DNA of 64,000 nucleotides, from assembly GCF_009914755.1 (NCBI RefSeq), contig NC_060934.1. One strand, written 5' to 3'. Below, one piece after another: positions 1-11,899 of the stretch. The stretch comes from the human T2T-CHM13v2.0 reference genome, Homo sapiens. A program made the position numbers and the translations under genes. Position 1 is the stretch's first letter; each line of letters opens with the position of its first letter. The notes beneath the pieces were generated by a model that was not told where the DNA came from, did no database searches, and was given only the letters and a program-made list of their open reading frames with translations.

Positions 1-404
1 CACGGAATTAGGAATCAAGACCCCGGGAAGACTGGCCTTCCAAAAGAAGAATGGAGGCAGACACATGTTGAGCCGTGGGGACTGTGAGTGAACAATCAAG
101 AAAAGACAAATTCTCTGACGAATCGCTTCCAGGACAGCAAGCAACGGCCCTGTCTTGATTCTGCGGCATTCACCTGGTGACACAAGGCCAGGCCACCAGA
201 CTTATGCATGTCAGCTGTGGTCCTTGCCAGAGGTCCCTACATATTAAAACAGAACGATTCCACATCACTCTTACAGCTCACTCATCTGGTAGAAGTAAAG
301 TAAAATTCCCCTTAAACACCTTGCCTTATAAAATGTCATTTTATCAGCTTCCTGTCTAATGTGCATATTTTGCATTATTTCTCTCTCAAAGACATTTGGT
401 CCTA

Positions 405-808
405 GCATGCATGCAGAACACACACATGCATGTACACATCAGCACACACATGCACAAGCATGCATGCACACACACATACACATGCCTGCAGAACACACAC
501 ATGCATGTACACATCTGCACACACATGCATAAGCATGCATGCATACACATGTATGTACACATCTACATACACATACACACACATCTGTAAATACACATGC
601 CTGCAGAATACACACACGTACACATCTGCACACACATACACACACATGCATGTACACATCTGCACACACATACACATAGATGCAGAACAAATGCATGCAT
701 GTACACATCCACACATACATATACAGAACACACACATGTGTGTATACATCTACACACACATACATATGCATGCACGCACACACTTGCATGTACATGCACA
801 CACACACT
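405..808. repeat. Degenerate (CA/CATG/TA)n alternating purine-pyrimidine minisatellite-like tract
   Basis: Recurrent GCAGAACACACACATGCATGTACACATC-type unit (copies start at 413 and 488, variants near 603, 682 and 723); produces the His/Thr- and Cys/Val-rich pseudo-ORFs. Confidence 0.92.
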
Positions 809-2274
809 CTCCCTCCTCCATGAACCCAAATCTCAGTTTTCTTCTCTGAGTTTCTGTAAGGAGCTCTGCTACACACCACTTACAACCTCAGAGCCCCAGT
901 GAGGGTTTGTCTGTGGCAGTCCCAGGACTGCAATGCATTATTTGATTTTGTGTGAAAGCCATCCTTTGTATCTCATTTTTTGTCACAGGGTATCAAGTGC
1001 AGATCTTTGTACAGAACAGATTCTCAGTAATTGCTTATTGATTCATTGGTAGTAACTGATATTTTAGGAATTCTTTGCGTAGAATGATCACAGCCATGGT
1101 GCCCAGCAGAAGAAAAGGACAGTGTCATGCCCTCTGATTTACAATGACAGGTGTGGGTTTACACTTTTTCTCAGCATTCTTATATAATGCAATAAGATGC
1201 TTGCTAAAAATACAAGTTTTAGAGATTTTTTTTCCACTTGGATTGGAACCGAATTGCTTTGCACATTCTTTGGAGAAAAAGCTGAAATCCTGTTAGCTAG
1301 CATTATGAGTCAGCTGTCTATATTTATGACAAAGATTTTATAGAGTGCATATATTTATTTGCAAATGGTACCTGAGGGAAAAAGGAAATCAAGATGAATG
1401 TCTTATGGTGTCTCTATATGATACCTGAGCAACTGTTGTAATTCTACCAATTCTGTAAAAAAATCATGCAAGCATGCAAGTTAATTGTTTGGAATTTTGA
1501 GTGCAGAAAATCTGAGAGAATGAGTTTTTCAATTTCATTATTTTTGTTTAGTGTAGACACCATTCAAATACTAAGAATCATATTGCATTTTAAAATGAGA
1601 TCTATGAAGAATGTTTGCCATTATTTACTGGCCTCTCTCTTGCACACTTATTTGTGATGGGGAGGCTACATTGTTTTGCCCCACAACAGGCATCAGAATA
1701 CATTTTGGGGAGATAAAATCATGACTGGAAAAATATTTTCTACCCTTAGCACTGATCAAGGTAAGACCCTGGGTATTGGTGACTCCCAAGGTGTCAGAGA
1801 AAAGGGATGTTTCTTTGCATGATAAAACAAGTTGCATGTACTTATTGCTGTACAGAGAGGAAGAAGAAAAGAGCAACAGAGAGAGATGGTGAGGTTAGAT
1901 AAGGAGGCCAGAAGGAACATGGGTGATGTCACATTGCTCAAGAGAAGGCAAAGAGAGAGAATGCCAAGTGGGCAACATGAGCTTTGGAAAGCAGGGATGT
2001 CTGGAAGGGAAGGGTGACTGCAAGGCAGGTGCTTCTGGGCTCTGTGATCAGTGCCAGGCATAGTTGGGCTACCGGGAACCTTGGAGAGAGTGTTCGGAAG
2101 GAGGGACTGGGGCTGTGGGGCTTTAAGGCTTGGTTTCCACTGCCCTAGAAAGGAGTAATTGGGAGGCCATTATTTAGATGGCAAGGGACAAGCTAAATTC
2201 AAGTTGTGTTTTTTGTGGCAACTGAAAGGACCACAGAATAATAAAGATATTACCAGTGCTTAAATATGTGACAA

Positions 2275-2730
2275 GGCTGGGCGTGGTGGCTCTTGCCTGT
2301 AATCTCAACACTTTGGGAGGCTGAAGAGGGTGGATTGCCTGAGCCTGGGACCAGCCTGCGCAACTTGGTGAAACCTGTCTCTACACAAAAACACAAATAT
2401 TAGCCGGGTGAGGCGGTGTGCACCTGTGGTCCCAGCTACTCAGGAGGCTTGAGGTGGGAGGATCACTTGAGCACCAGGAAGCCAAGACTGTGGTGAGCTG
2501 TGATCGTGCTATTTATTTATACCTATTTATTACTCAGCCACCAACATCCATTTACTTAGCTGTTCAATTCCAGGGGAATGGATAGCAGTACCAGAATTTT
2601 TAACCTGCACACCCACAATAAACACATTATTAACTAGAACATCTTCCTACATAGAGAAATGTCATTTGTGAACAAAAGCAGTACTCCAGCCTGGGTAACA
2701 GAGTGAGACCCTGCCTCAAAAATAATAAAT
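2275..2730 (+). mobile_element. AluJ-type SINE, interrupted by a ~167-bp insert at 2514-2680
   Basis: GGCTGGGCGTGGTGGCTC start; J-type GGGAGGATCACTTGAG and GAGACCCTG; A-rich tail; degenerate TSD TAAATATGTGACAA/TAAATAAGCAACAA. Confidence 0.92.
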
Positions 2731-3194
2731 AAATAAGCAACAAGTCTGGTCATGAGGCTTCAATCACCCCAAGGAACACTTCCTATAGAAAGTACACTGT
2801 GGCACGCTCCCTGAAGCATGCCAACCCTTAGAATAGACCCACACACATGGAGGAGGGGAGGCAGCAGAGGGGATGAGAGGTAAAGAGGGAAGGAGGGTGG
2901 CAGGCACATGGGAGAGGGGCCCCTTTAGCGAGGGAGAGTGGACATGTCTTTGCAGAAGGTGAAAACAAAAGAAGGAAAGGGCTTCGATTTCTGGTGAGAA
3001 GGGATATAGACAAAGCAATGAGAGTTCTGCAACAGACACACCACAGAGATGCAATACACAACGATATTGACCAACTCTCAGCAAGCACCCTGTCATCAGA
3101 GGTCCTTCAGGCTACATGCCCAGGACCCTGCAGCGGGGCCTTCTCTCCACGCCCCCATCACTCCACCACTTTGTTCCATTCACATTTCTCCTCA

Positions 3195-3503
3195 TTTTTT
3201 TTATTTTTTATTTTTGAGACGGAGTCTTGCTGTGTCACCCAGGCTGGAGTGCAACGGCACGATCTCGGCTCACTGCAACCTCCACCTCCTTGGTTCAAGC
3301 GATTCTCCCACCTCAGCCTTCTGGGTTCAGCTGGGATTACAGGCGCACTCTACCACACCCAGCTAATTTTTGTATTTTTAATAGAGGCAGGGTTTCACCA
3401 TGTTGGCCAGGCTGGTCTCGAACTCCTGACCGCAGGTGATCCGCCTGCCTCAGTTGCCCGAAGTTTTGGTTGGGATTACACGTGTGAGCCACTGCGCCTG
3501 GCC
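3195..3503 (-). mobile_element. AluS-type SINE
   Basis: Poly-T, GAGACGGAGTCTTGC ... CCACTGCGCCTGGCC; TSD TTCTCCTCA on both sides. Confidence 0.95.
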
Positions 3504-4645
3504 ATTCTCCTCAGTTCTTGAGGTCCTGCTATATGGGCTTCCAGACCTGTGAGCCCGTTGTCAGCACCGTCTCCCATTCTCAGCCCTGCCTTTCACCTCT
3601 TCCCTCAGGCTGACCAGAGCCTCAGGGCACAGCGGCCTTGGCTGCCCGCCTCTCCAGGGGCTGTTTTCCTCTCCCCCATCCTCCTGCCCAGCATCCCATG
3701 TGCCAGGTGGGCCCACCTTGATCCTCACTGGCGCATCCAGGCCGGGCCACTTCTGTTTCCTTTAAAACCGCAGGCCCTCATGGCACCAGGCTGTACCTGT
3801 TCGTTCCTGCACCACCTCGCCTGTGAATTTGGAGGTCACAGTTCAGCCTGTAAAGGACCTGCTTCTGTAGCCACAGAAACAACAGGGCTCCACCGTGATG
3901 CCTTTGAACGGGCCACGACTTCAGCCCAGCCTGGCCCTGGTGAGGTAGCTGACACCCCCACAGCCTCATGGGCTTGTTTATGATGAATCTGAACCAATGG
4001 GTCTTTCCTTCATTTCTTCAGTGTGTATCCAGGCTGTCAACTCTAGAATGTAGGAACCTCTGGAGGAAGAGGGAGTCCTAGCTTCTTTAACCATCCTTAG
4101 GAGCACGGTTCGTGTCGGGTAGGCAAAAAGACAGCAAGACAGATATTTTTGAAATTATGTCAATATGTAACAAGCAGGATTTTCTTGTAAAAATCATATC
4201 TTAGGTTAGTCTACAAATGATAAATATTGGTAAAAATAAGCGTTTTCTTGCAACAAACCTCAAACGGGACGGAATCACCAAATGTAATATTCAATATAAA
4301 TTATCGTTTTTAGGAGATCAAGTATCTTCCATTTTTAATATAAAACCAAGGCCAAGGTGCATAAGGAAATTAATTTATGGAGGAGCAGGTGACACACAGG
4401 GAGCATCTATATCTTGGAAAATGTATCTGTGAGCAGAAACATATGGACTTCTCTCTACAATCATCAGCTTCCTCAGGCCCCATTAGGCATGGATTTTTCT
4501 AAATAGTTACTCTTAAACTTCATAAACAAGCCAAACAACATATGGAATAATGAAGATCTGCATAAAATATGAGGTGGGAAATATCCCATCATTTCTTCCC
4601 AAGTGTGTTGAGCACTTCGTTTTTGGAAACAACAAACCCAAGAGC

Positions 4646-4646
<1 letters not shown>

Positions 4647-4679
<33 letters not shown>
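4647..4679. repeat. Poly(A)33 homopolymer with no adjacent SINE/LINE body
   Basis: 33 uninterrupted A residues. Confidence 0.95.
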
Positions 4680-4683
<4 letters not shown>

Positions 4684-6058
4684 GACTTCAATTTGTGATT
4701 AAATTTTAAAAAGGGCCTCTCCTCTTCCAACATTCACCTGTTTTCCTGAGGCTTTCTGTTACTCTGCTTCAGTGTGGTACAGCATTTTCTCTTTGGAGTT
4801 TAGGGAACTCTTTCTGGCCCCAGACAGATCTACTTTTCGGTAGGATGTCATCACAGAATCCCTGTCATGGACTTGCTACTTCCACCTGAACAAACACACT
4901 GACTTGAAGGGGTCGGAGACATTCACCATCATGGGCAGATGCCACAGCCAGTCCCTTTCCATCGCTTTCCTCTGGGTTCAGTGACAACAAGTAGGTTGTT
5001 CTCACACTCTTGCAAGGGACGTTAAAACACACGTGTTTGTGATGAAGTGTGTTTTGGCTGCACTGGGAGAACCAGGGCACAGCGCAGCTCTTGGCATCTT
5101 TACCTGGACCCCATCCATGTGTAGGGAAGTCGGGAATGCAGTGATTTTACACCCCTCTGCCTGCTCTGCCTCTGGGGAGAGACTGGAAGGTGTGGTGACA
5201 GGTCGGGTAGAGACGCTGAGAATGAAAATCTCGCACGTGTGGACGTTTATCCTATCGTGTCCGTCCACTCAATTCTTCCTCCTTCATCCCTCCTTCGTCA
5301 CACTCATCAAGGGTCACCATGTGTCAAGCTCTGTCTGCCACAAGATGACAAAGGCGAGTTAAGCCAGAAACAGGCCAGGCCATCAAGACCCCCGGAGAGG
5401 GAACTGGGCCTACCCCAGCCCTGCTGCAGCACCCGGGACTCAGTCTCCCCGTGGCTGCAGGTGTGGCTTCCAACACTCAGTGTTCCGGCTTCAGAGAGCG
5501 GCTGCGTTTCTACATCACGTGAATTCACAGGAAAGCACTCTGGAACCTACAAACCCTGAAAAATATCAGTTCTTACTTTCTGTGATACATCCTTACCTTG
5601 ATTCACAATCAGAGACCAGAAGAAACCTGCGGGGCCCTGACTTGCCCTGCCCTCCACGCAGAGCTGAAGTGAGCCCTGAGAGGTACAGCCTGTCACCTCC
5701 ACTGTCGTTAGAATAGTCTGCCCAGCCTCTGCCTGCAAATGTTGTTTTGGAGAGTGGGATTCTCATATGGTTTACTGCCTCTGAGGGTTCTTCCTGGTCT
5801 CAGTGGTGTTTCAAGGATTAACTGTTGATGATGGACTCCTTACAAATGCAGCACAGAGACGCAGGTAGGTGATGACATAGCGTGACGTGGCCACCCGTCC
5901 TTTTCAGAACTTGCCTTTTCTCTCCATGCTACTTGCCTCATTTGGACACATATGAGATTGTTGCTGATGGGATATTTCCAGGGTCTAAGCAATCCTCTCT
6001 GACAGATAAGATATCTGCCACCAAAGCCAGATCTTGGCAGCAGTTAAGACAGAGTTCT

Positions 6059-6451
<393 letters not shown>

Positions 6452-7672
6452 CAGGGGCTCAGGAGAATGAACCTCCTCTATCACAGACCTCAGTGTGAGA
6501 GAGAGGAAGAAAATCTATCCTGCAGGTGCAGGTCTGGGTCCCACAGGTAACAGTGCCAGGGCGGGGCCTTCATGGGGGAGGACCCAGGCCTGCACATGTG
6601 CCACCCTTGGACTCTCTCTCAGCTCGTGCCACCCACCATGAGCTTTCCCGAGCAGAGCACGGCCCAGGCTGGCAGCGGGGGCTCTCCAGGCTGGGTACAC
6701 CCAATGCCAACTCAGATGGAAACCTGGGCGCGTTGGCCGGGAGCCCTGTGCCTGGACAGGTAGGTGGGCTGGGCTGGGGGCCCCTGTAGCCAGAGAGAGG
6801 TGGTAAGCTTGGAGGTCTCCAGCAACAGAGATGGTACAGGGAACATGGCTGGGTCTCTGTCTCCTCCCAGCTGCCTCTGCAGATAACAGGTGCAGCAGTG
6901 ACCCCCTCTGCGGCAGATGAGGGACGTGGCAGTGACCCCCTCTGGGAAGGAAGTCTGCCCTTGCTAAGGTTACCCCAGAAGCTGGGAGCAGAGGCAAAGG
7001 GAGAAGGAAAGATGGCAAGGAAAAGAAGAAACACACAAAAAGATGACCGGAAAGGCATCAGAGAGCCACGAAAGCGAACATTTTGAACTCCCAGATATGG
7101 TGGTTCTTGGTAAAAGGGACCAAAAGGGACCCTCAGCAGCACACACCGGGCCACTGCAACCACAGCCAGGCACAGAGGAAAACTGTGCAAAGAGTTTGAG
7201 AGTGAAGAGCTCACCTCTCTTCTTACCCAGCAATTCTACTCCTGGGAATGCATATCATGAAAACAAACGAGCCGGTGCGTTATTTCTACTCATTAAAATT
7301 AGAGTTCGCTGTGTAGGAGGTGATGTGAAAAATTTCCAATCACGTTTGAAACATGAACGGTGCGCACCGCGCCTCGTGTCCGCCTGGCGTGTGTTGCTCC
7401 GTGGTGCTCTGGGGGAAGGTTTGGGGGACCCATGCGGCAGCGTTGGCGTCTAGGCACACAGGTCAGAGCAGCTAGGGGAGGCCAGGGCGACGGGAGCGCG
7501 CGCCAGAGAACCGTGAGTGTCCTGGGAACCCAACGGTGCCACTGCCCATCCCTGTGTGGGCGCCAGGCATGAGCCACAGAATTGCCTCCAACACAGCAGA
7601 GCTGGGATATTTATAGATGAATATTTTCTTTCTTATAACTTGTTTAGGTTGTTTTACTTTATCCTATTACTA

Positions 7673-7977
7673 GTGTAGTCCCCCTTATGCACAGTTACTC
7701 AGTTATCCGTGGGCTACCCAAACTATGGCACAATAAAATATTTTGAAAGAGAGAGACCACTTTCACATAACTTTTATTGGAGTATATTGTTATCATTGAT
7801 CTATTTTTATTAGTTATCGTTGTTAATCTCTTACTGTGCTTAATTTATAGACAACACTTTATCATAGATATGTAAGTACAGGGAGACATAATACATACAA
7901 GTCTTGGTGCAAGCTGCCATCTCAGGCATCTACAGGGGTCTTGGAACGAATCTTCCATGGATACAAGGGACATACCG
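7673..7977 (+). mobile_element. MER44A-like non-autonomous TcMar-Tigger DNA transposon
   Basis: GTAGTCCCCCTTAT left end; GAGAGAGACCACTTTCACATAACTTTTATT internal motif; GGGGTCTTGGAACGAATC...GGATACAAGGGA right end. Confidence 0.82.
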
Positions 7978-8590
7978 TTTTATTATTATTATTGCTACTT
8001 TTTACAGTAAGCATATGTTATTATATAATTACAAAAAATCAGATAAAATGAAGCCCCGTTCACTGTGGACAAAGAATGAGTATTCATAATAAGAAAAGAT
8101 TTGTAATTTTCTGGAGAGGAAGAACGATGGCTTCTCTCTCACCGTATTCTCTATGTCTTGCACAGGAATTTTACAGATGCTTTTAGTAAATATTTTTTAA
8201 AAATCAATTCCAATGTTCAAGGACACTAAATATCATTCACTATAAGAAATTTTTTCTTATGAAGTATGAGTAAAATAAATAGATGCCAACGGAAAAGAAA
8301 AAGCATCAGGTTTATAGAAAATAAGTAAAGAAAATTTTTAAAAGATTCAGCATTAAACGTTTTTTGGAATATGATAAAGCAATAAGTATTCTCAAAATTC
8401 CAATTTTTAATAGAAATAAATATTTTCTCATTAAGACAATTTGAACTTATTGCTGTTTCTATATGTAATCCCTTAAAATAACTCCTGCAGATATTTCAGA
8501 GTTACTAGCGGGGACAGTGTGGAGCTTCCACATGGCTTCACTTCTGCGTGAGGTGCCAGCCTGGGCGAGGTGCTGCCGCGTGCAGGCCTG

Positions 8591-8690
8591 TGTGCGCATG
8601 CGCGTGTCCCCATGTTCCCCCAAACCCAGCGGTGTTGAGATGTGCGCATGCGCGTGCCCCCATGTTTCCCTAAACCCCGCGGTGTTGAGA
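8591..8690. repeat. 50-bp tandem duplication, each copy carrying TGCGCATGCGC (NRF1-type motif)
   Basis: 8591-8640 vs 8641-8690, 4 mismatches. Confidence 0.93.
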
Positions 8691-9019
8691 ATCACCTAGC
8701 AACACGGTGCGGAGACAGGATCAGGCCGCGAAGCAGGGTGTATGCCAGCCGTGAGGGGAGAATGCTGCAGAGCTGAGTGTCACAACTGCTGGTTTCCTTT
8801 TAAGAAAACGTATAAGATTAATTTCCAAGCTATGTCTGCTGTGTAAGGTGCAGAGCTGAAACCAGCCAACATCGTGTCTCATGTTCTAGGCGTGGGTGAC
8901 ACAATTTCACACCCCATTTAGTCATCCCAGATCTCCCTTGACAGACAGCAGCCGTCAAGAGACGGTTCTCACGCCAGCAAGGAGTGGAGGGTGCTGTCGG
9001 AAACCACTCCCAGAATCTC

Positions 9020-9065
9020 TGTGGTGTGTGTATGTGTGTGTGTGTGTGTGTGTGCGTGTGATGTG
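9020..9065. repeat. (TG)n microsatellite, imperfect
   Basis: Direct reading. Confidence 0.9.
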
Positions 9066-9105
9066 AATATTCAGATGTGTATGTTGGTAATATATATACA
9101 CACAT

Positions 9106-9277
9106 GTGCATATTAGTCTGGATGTTCCAGGGAGTAGAAGCAATAAGAGATTTTTGATAGGAACCGGACTCACAGTGTGCTGGAGGCTGAGCTGGAGACC
9201 CAGGACAGCCACTGTGGTGAGGTCCAGTCTGAGGCCAAGGTAGATCTGTGTCCCAGCTCAGACACTCAGGCAGAGAG

Positions 9278-9311
<34 letters not shown>

Positions 9312-9807
9312 AGACGGAGTCTCGCTCTGTCGCCCAGGCTGGAGTGCAGTGGCGCGATCTCGGCTCACTGCAAGCTCCGCCTCCCGGGTTTAGCCATTCT
9401 CCTGCCTCAGCCTCCCGAGTAGCTGGGACTACAGGCGCCCGCCACCACGCCCGGCTAATTTTTTGTATTTTTAGTAGAGACAAGGTTTCCCCGTGTTAGC
9501 CAGGATGGTCTCGATCTCCTGACCTTGTGATCTGCCCGCCTCGGCCTCCCAAAGTGCTGGGATTACAGGTGTGAGCCACCGCGCCCGGCCGAGAGAGAGT
9601 TCTTTATCACGCAGACTTTCTCTACTCTGCAGGACTTCAGTGGATTGGTGAGAACCATCCACCTTAGCGAGGGCAATTTATTTTCTCACTCTGCTGATTC
9701 CAGTGTTAATCATGTCCAGAAGCCTTCACGCAGACACCCCCAAAATCATGGTTAAATATCTGGGCATGCCACGCCCAGCCAAGTTGAAACATAAAATGAA
9801 TTAATGC
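9106..9807 (-). mobile_element. MLT2-type (MLT2D-like) ERVL solo LTR, interrupted by AluY
   Basis: TATTAGTCTGGATGTTCCAGGGAG..AGAAGCAATAAG at one end; GCCCAGCCAAGTTGAAACATAAAATGAA at the other (reverse complement of the MLT2 5' end). Confidence 0.78.
9281..9590 (-). mobile_element. AluY, full length, CpG-rich
   Basis: T30 tail; Y diagnostics GCAAGCTCCGCC, GCCATTCTCC and GTGTTAGCCAGGATGGTCTCGATC; TSD GAGAGAGA. Confidence 0.96.
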
Positions 9808-9919
9808 TATTAGTTATATTTCTATATAGAAGGGGAGGGACAGAGAGAGAAACACACAGAGAGGGATAGAGAGGCAGAGAAGAGAGGAGAAAAAAGAGGG
9901 AGGCTTTGAAAACGGCCCT

Positions 9920-10010
9920 TAAATTCTAGACACAGCTCTATTATTGACAAGAAGTGTAAAAGTTGGAAGTCTGTTAACCTTTCAAAGTTAGAGTTCTAAA
10001 TTACAAAAAT
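9920..10010 (+). mobile_element. Degenerate MIR core
   Basis: CAGCTCTATTATTGACAAGAAGTGT..TGGAAGTCTGTTAACCTTTC..AGTTCTAAATTACAAAAAT parallels the MIR core layout. Confidence 0.45.
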
Positions 10011-11589
10011 ACTCCAAAACAAATATTTAGATTGTCATGGAAATTAGAGTGGTAAAAGAAATTGCAACCAAACTATATCCACAATAAAGCCACAAAACAG
10101 TCTCTAAGTTATGAGACAACCTTGAGGAAATATGCAGACAGTCATTTTTCTCTGGTTTGCATGACTTACAATCTGATTTTCAGCTTTTGTCTTTAATACT
10201 AGTATAATCATAATCATTCTGCATGTTAGAAAGGTATTATCACTTTCACTACATAGAAAATTAAGAATAGGCCCAGTGAATTGTCTAACTTGTCATTTAA
10301 AAAAGAGTTTATAACATTTATTAAAACACCGTATTTTCATCTCAGTATTCCATTTTTGATGACATATTTATTGAAATACCACTGTGCACACACATTTAAA
10401 TTTATAGATTGAAAATTTCTTGCTATATTCTATAGGAGGAAGTCTAAGAAATTATAAAATTATATGTATCTATACATACATACAGAGATGTGTGCAGATA
10501 CAATGTAATAAATCTAACATTTAAAAAACACATTTCCTTCTTTACTTCAAGTGTAAAAAATTCAAGATCAAGGGAAAAATAATACTTTAATTTGTATTCA
10601 GAGACATTGAATGTGTCCAAAACAGATAAGACCTATATATTCAACCATGGACCTATGCATATCTAATTTTGTAAATAAATATTTGGAATGATTCTTTAAG
10701 TTACAATCCAATTTGTCCTTTAAAAATGGATTACTATGGGTTCATTAAATGTGTTCATTAGGCCTCCATAAGGGGCCTGCTGTGTTAGGAGACAAAACAG
10801 GAACAATTTGGAACAAATTTGTTATGTAAATTAAGGCATGCAGACGAAAAGGAAAGCTTGAGATTCCATGGGCTTTATTTCCTTTAAAGAATGAAATGGC
10901 TCAGTCCACTTGGGTAATGGTTCCACAAGCTCCTGTCCGGTGGGTTACTGACATAGTGTGAGACCATGTCAGTGCCTAGCAAAGCCACACATTTCTGTGC
11001 TTTCTGCTTTGGAATTTTCTGGAAAGGGATATGCTAATCATTTGAACCACATGAAATTAAAGTGCATGCACATCAAAAAGCATCGATTATTTGTGGTTTT
11101 CCAGGATTCAACATAAATAGCCATTTAACAATCAGGGTCAGTGAATTTAAGGGAATATGAGAAAATACATAGATATTCACTCAGACTAAAAATCGGGATT
11201 TGGGTTTCATAATCGCTTTACTTGAAAGCAGATAACTTTGGAGGTCAGGTAGGTAATATTTGTCCTTAGAGGTTTTAAGCAATAAATTGAGCATTATTCA
11301 AATAGATGTAAATGAATGCATGAGAATAAAGATATGAACACAAATTTGGTACCACAAAGCAAAAGGTGATGACTAGATGTGCAGATTCATTAAATTATTG
11401 AATTAGCAATCACTCTCACATAATTCTCATCTGATTTCCAAATTATCTGCTTACCCTTCCTTCATTATTTTATGTTTTATTCCCATTGAGTTGTCGACTC
11501 TTTTAGTCTGTATGTCTCAAATTTGATTTATACTAACCACATGGTTTCTAAGCCCTGTCATTTTAAATGGCTTATTCCTAATCCTTTCC

Positions 11590-11875
11590 TTGATTATATG
11601 TCAGACAAATCCTACCCATCTTTCATGCCCAAGACTCAAGCCCCACTTCTCCTAGAATCTTCCCTGCTCCAAATATCATATTTCTCAATGTATCAGACAC
11701 TTCAGAATAATTATTTTCTATACCCATAATTTATAGCATAAATATTATATTTTATTGAACATCAATTTCTCATGTGTACTTCTCCAGTTAGATTATTCAT
11801 TCCTTAAACTTTGGGGTCAGCCTTAACCGTTATATCCCCCAGGACATATAAGACCTTAATGATTAATTAGTTGTC
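11590..11875 (+). mobile_element. L2 3' fragment
   Basis: CCTACCCATCTTTCA..CTCAAG..ACTTCTCC..TCTTCCCTG and CCAGTTAGATT..TTCCTTAA motifs. Confidence 0.5.
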
Positions 11876-11899
11876 ATAACTTACTGGTTGTGAACTACG

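Noticed and set aside
396-902. Stacked His/Thr- and Cys/Val-rich ORFs (also at 29637-30035 and 40997-41559)
   Set aside because: Translations of (CA/TG)-type low-complexity DNA, open in many frames on both strands
1690-1766. Possible exon ending at AAG|GTAAGA (1760), plus other isolated splice-like sites (5596, 29480 and 30225 on minus; 34298, 44149 and 56748 on plus)
   Set aside because: Isolated splice signals are expected by chance in 64 kb, and no consistent exon chain or reading frame emerged
2994-3521. 175-aa ORF and similar ORFs at 6119, 8830, 32445, 40111, 51547 and 54192
   Set aside because: Alu-derived reading frames (for example [16 protein letters not shown])
6892-6946. CTCF sites in the duplicated GCAGTGACCCCCTCTG
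   Set aside because: Mismatches at key positions of the CTCF core
6515-7453. Overlapping 136-214 aa ORFs
   Set aside because: GC-rich and stop-poor, open on both strands, no recognisable domain
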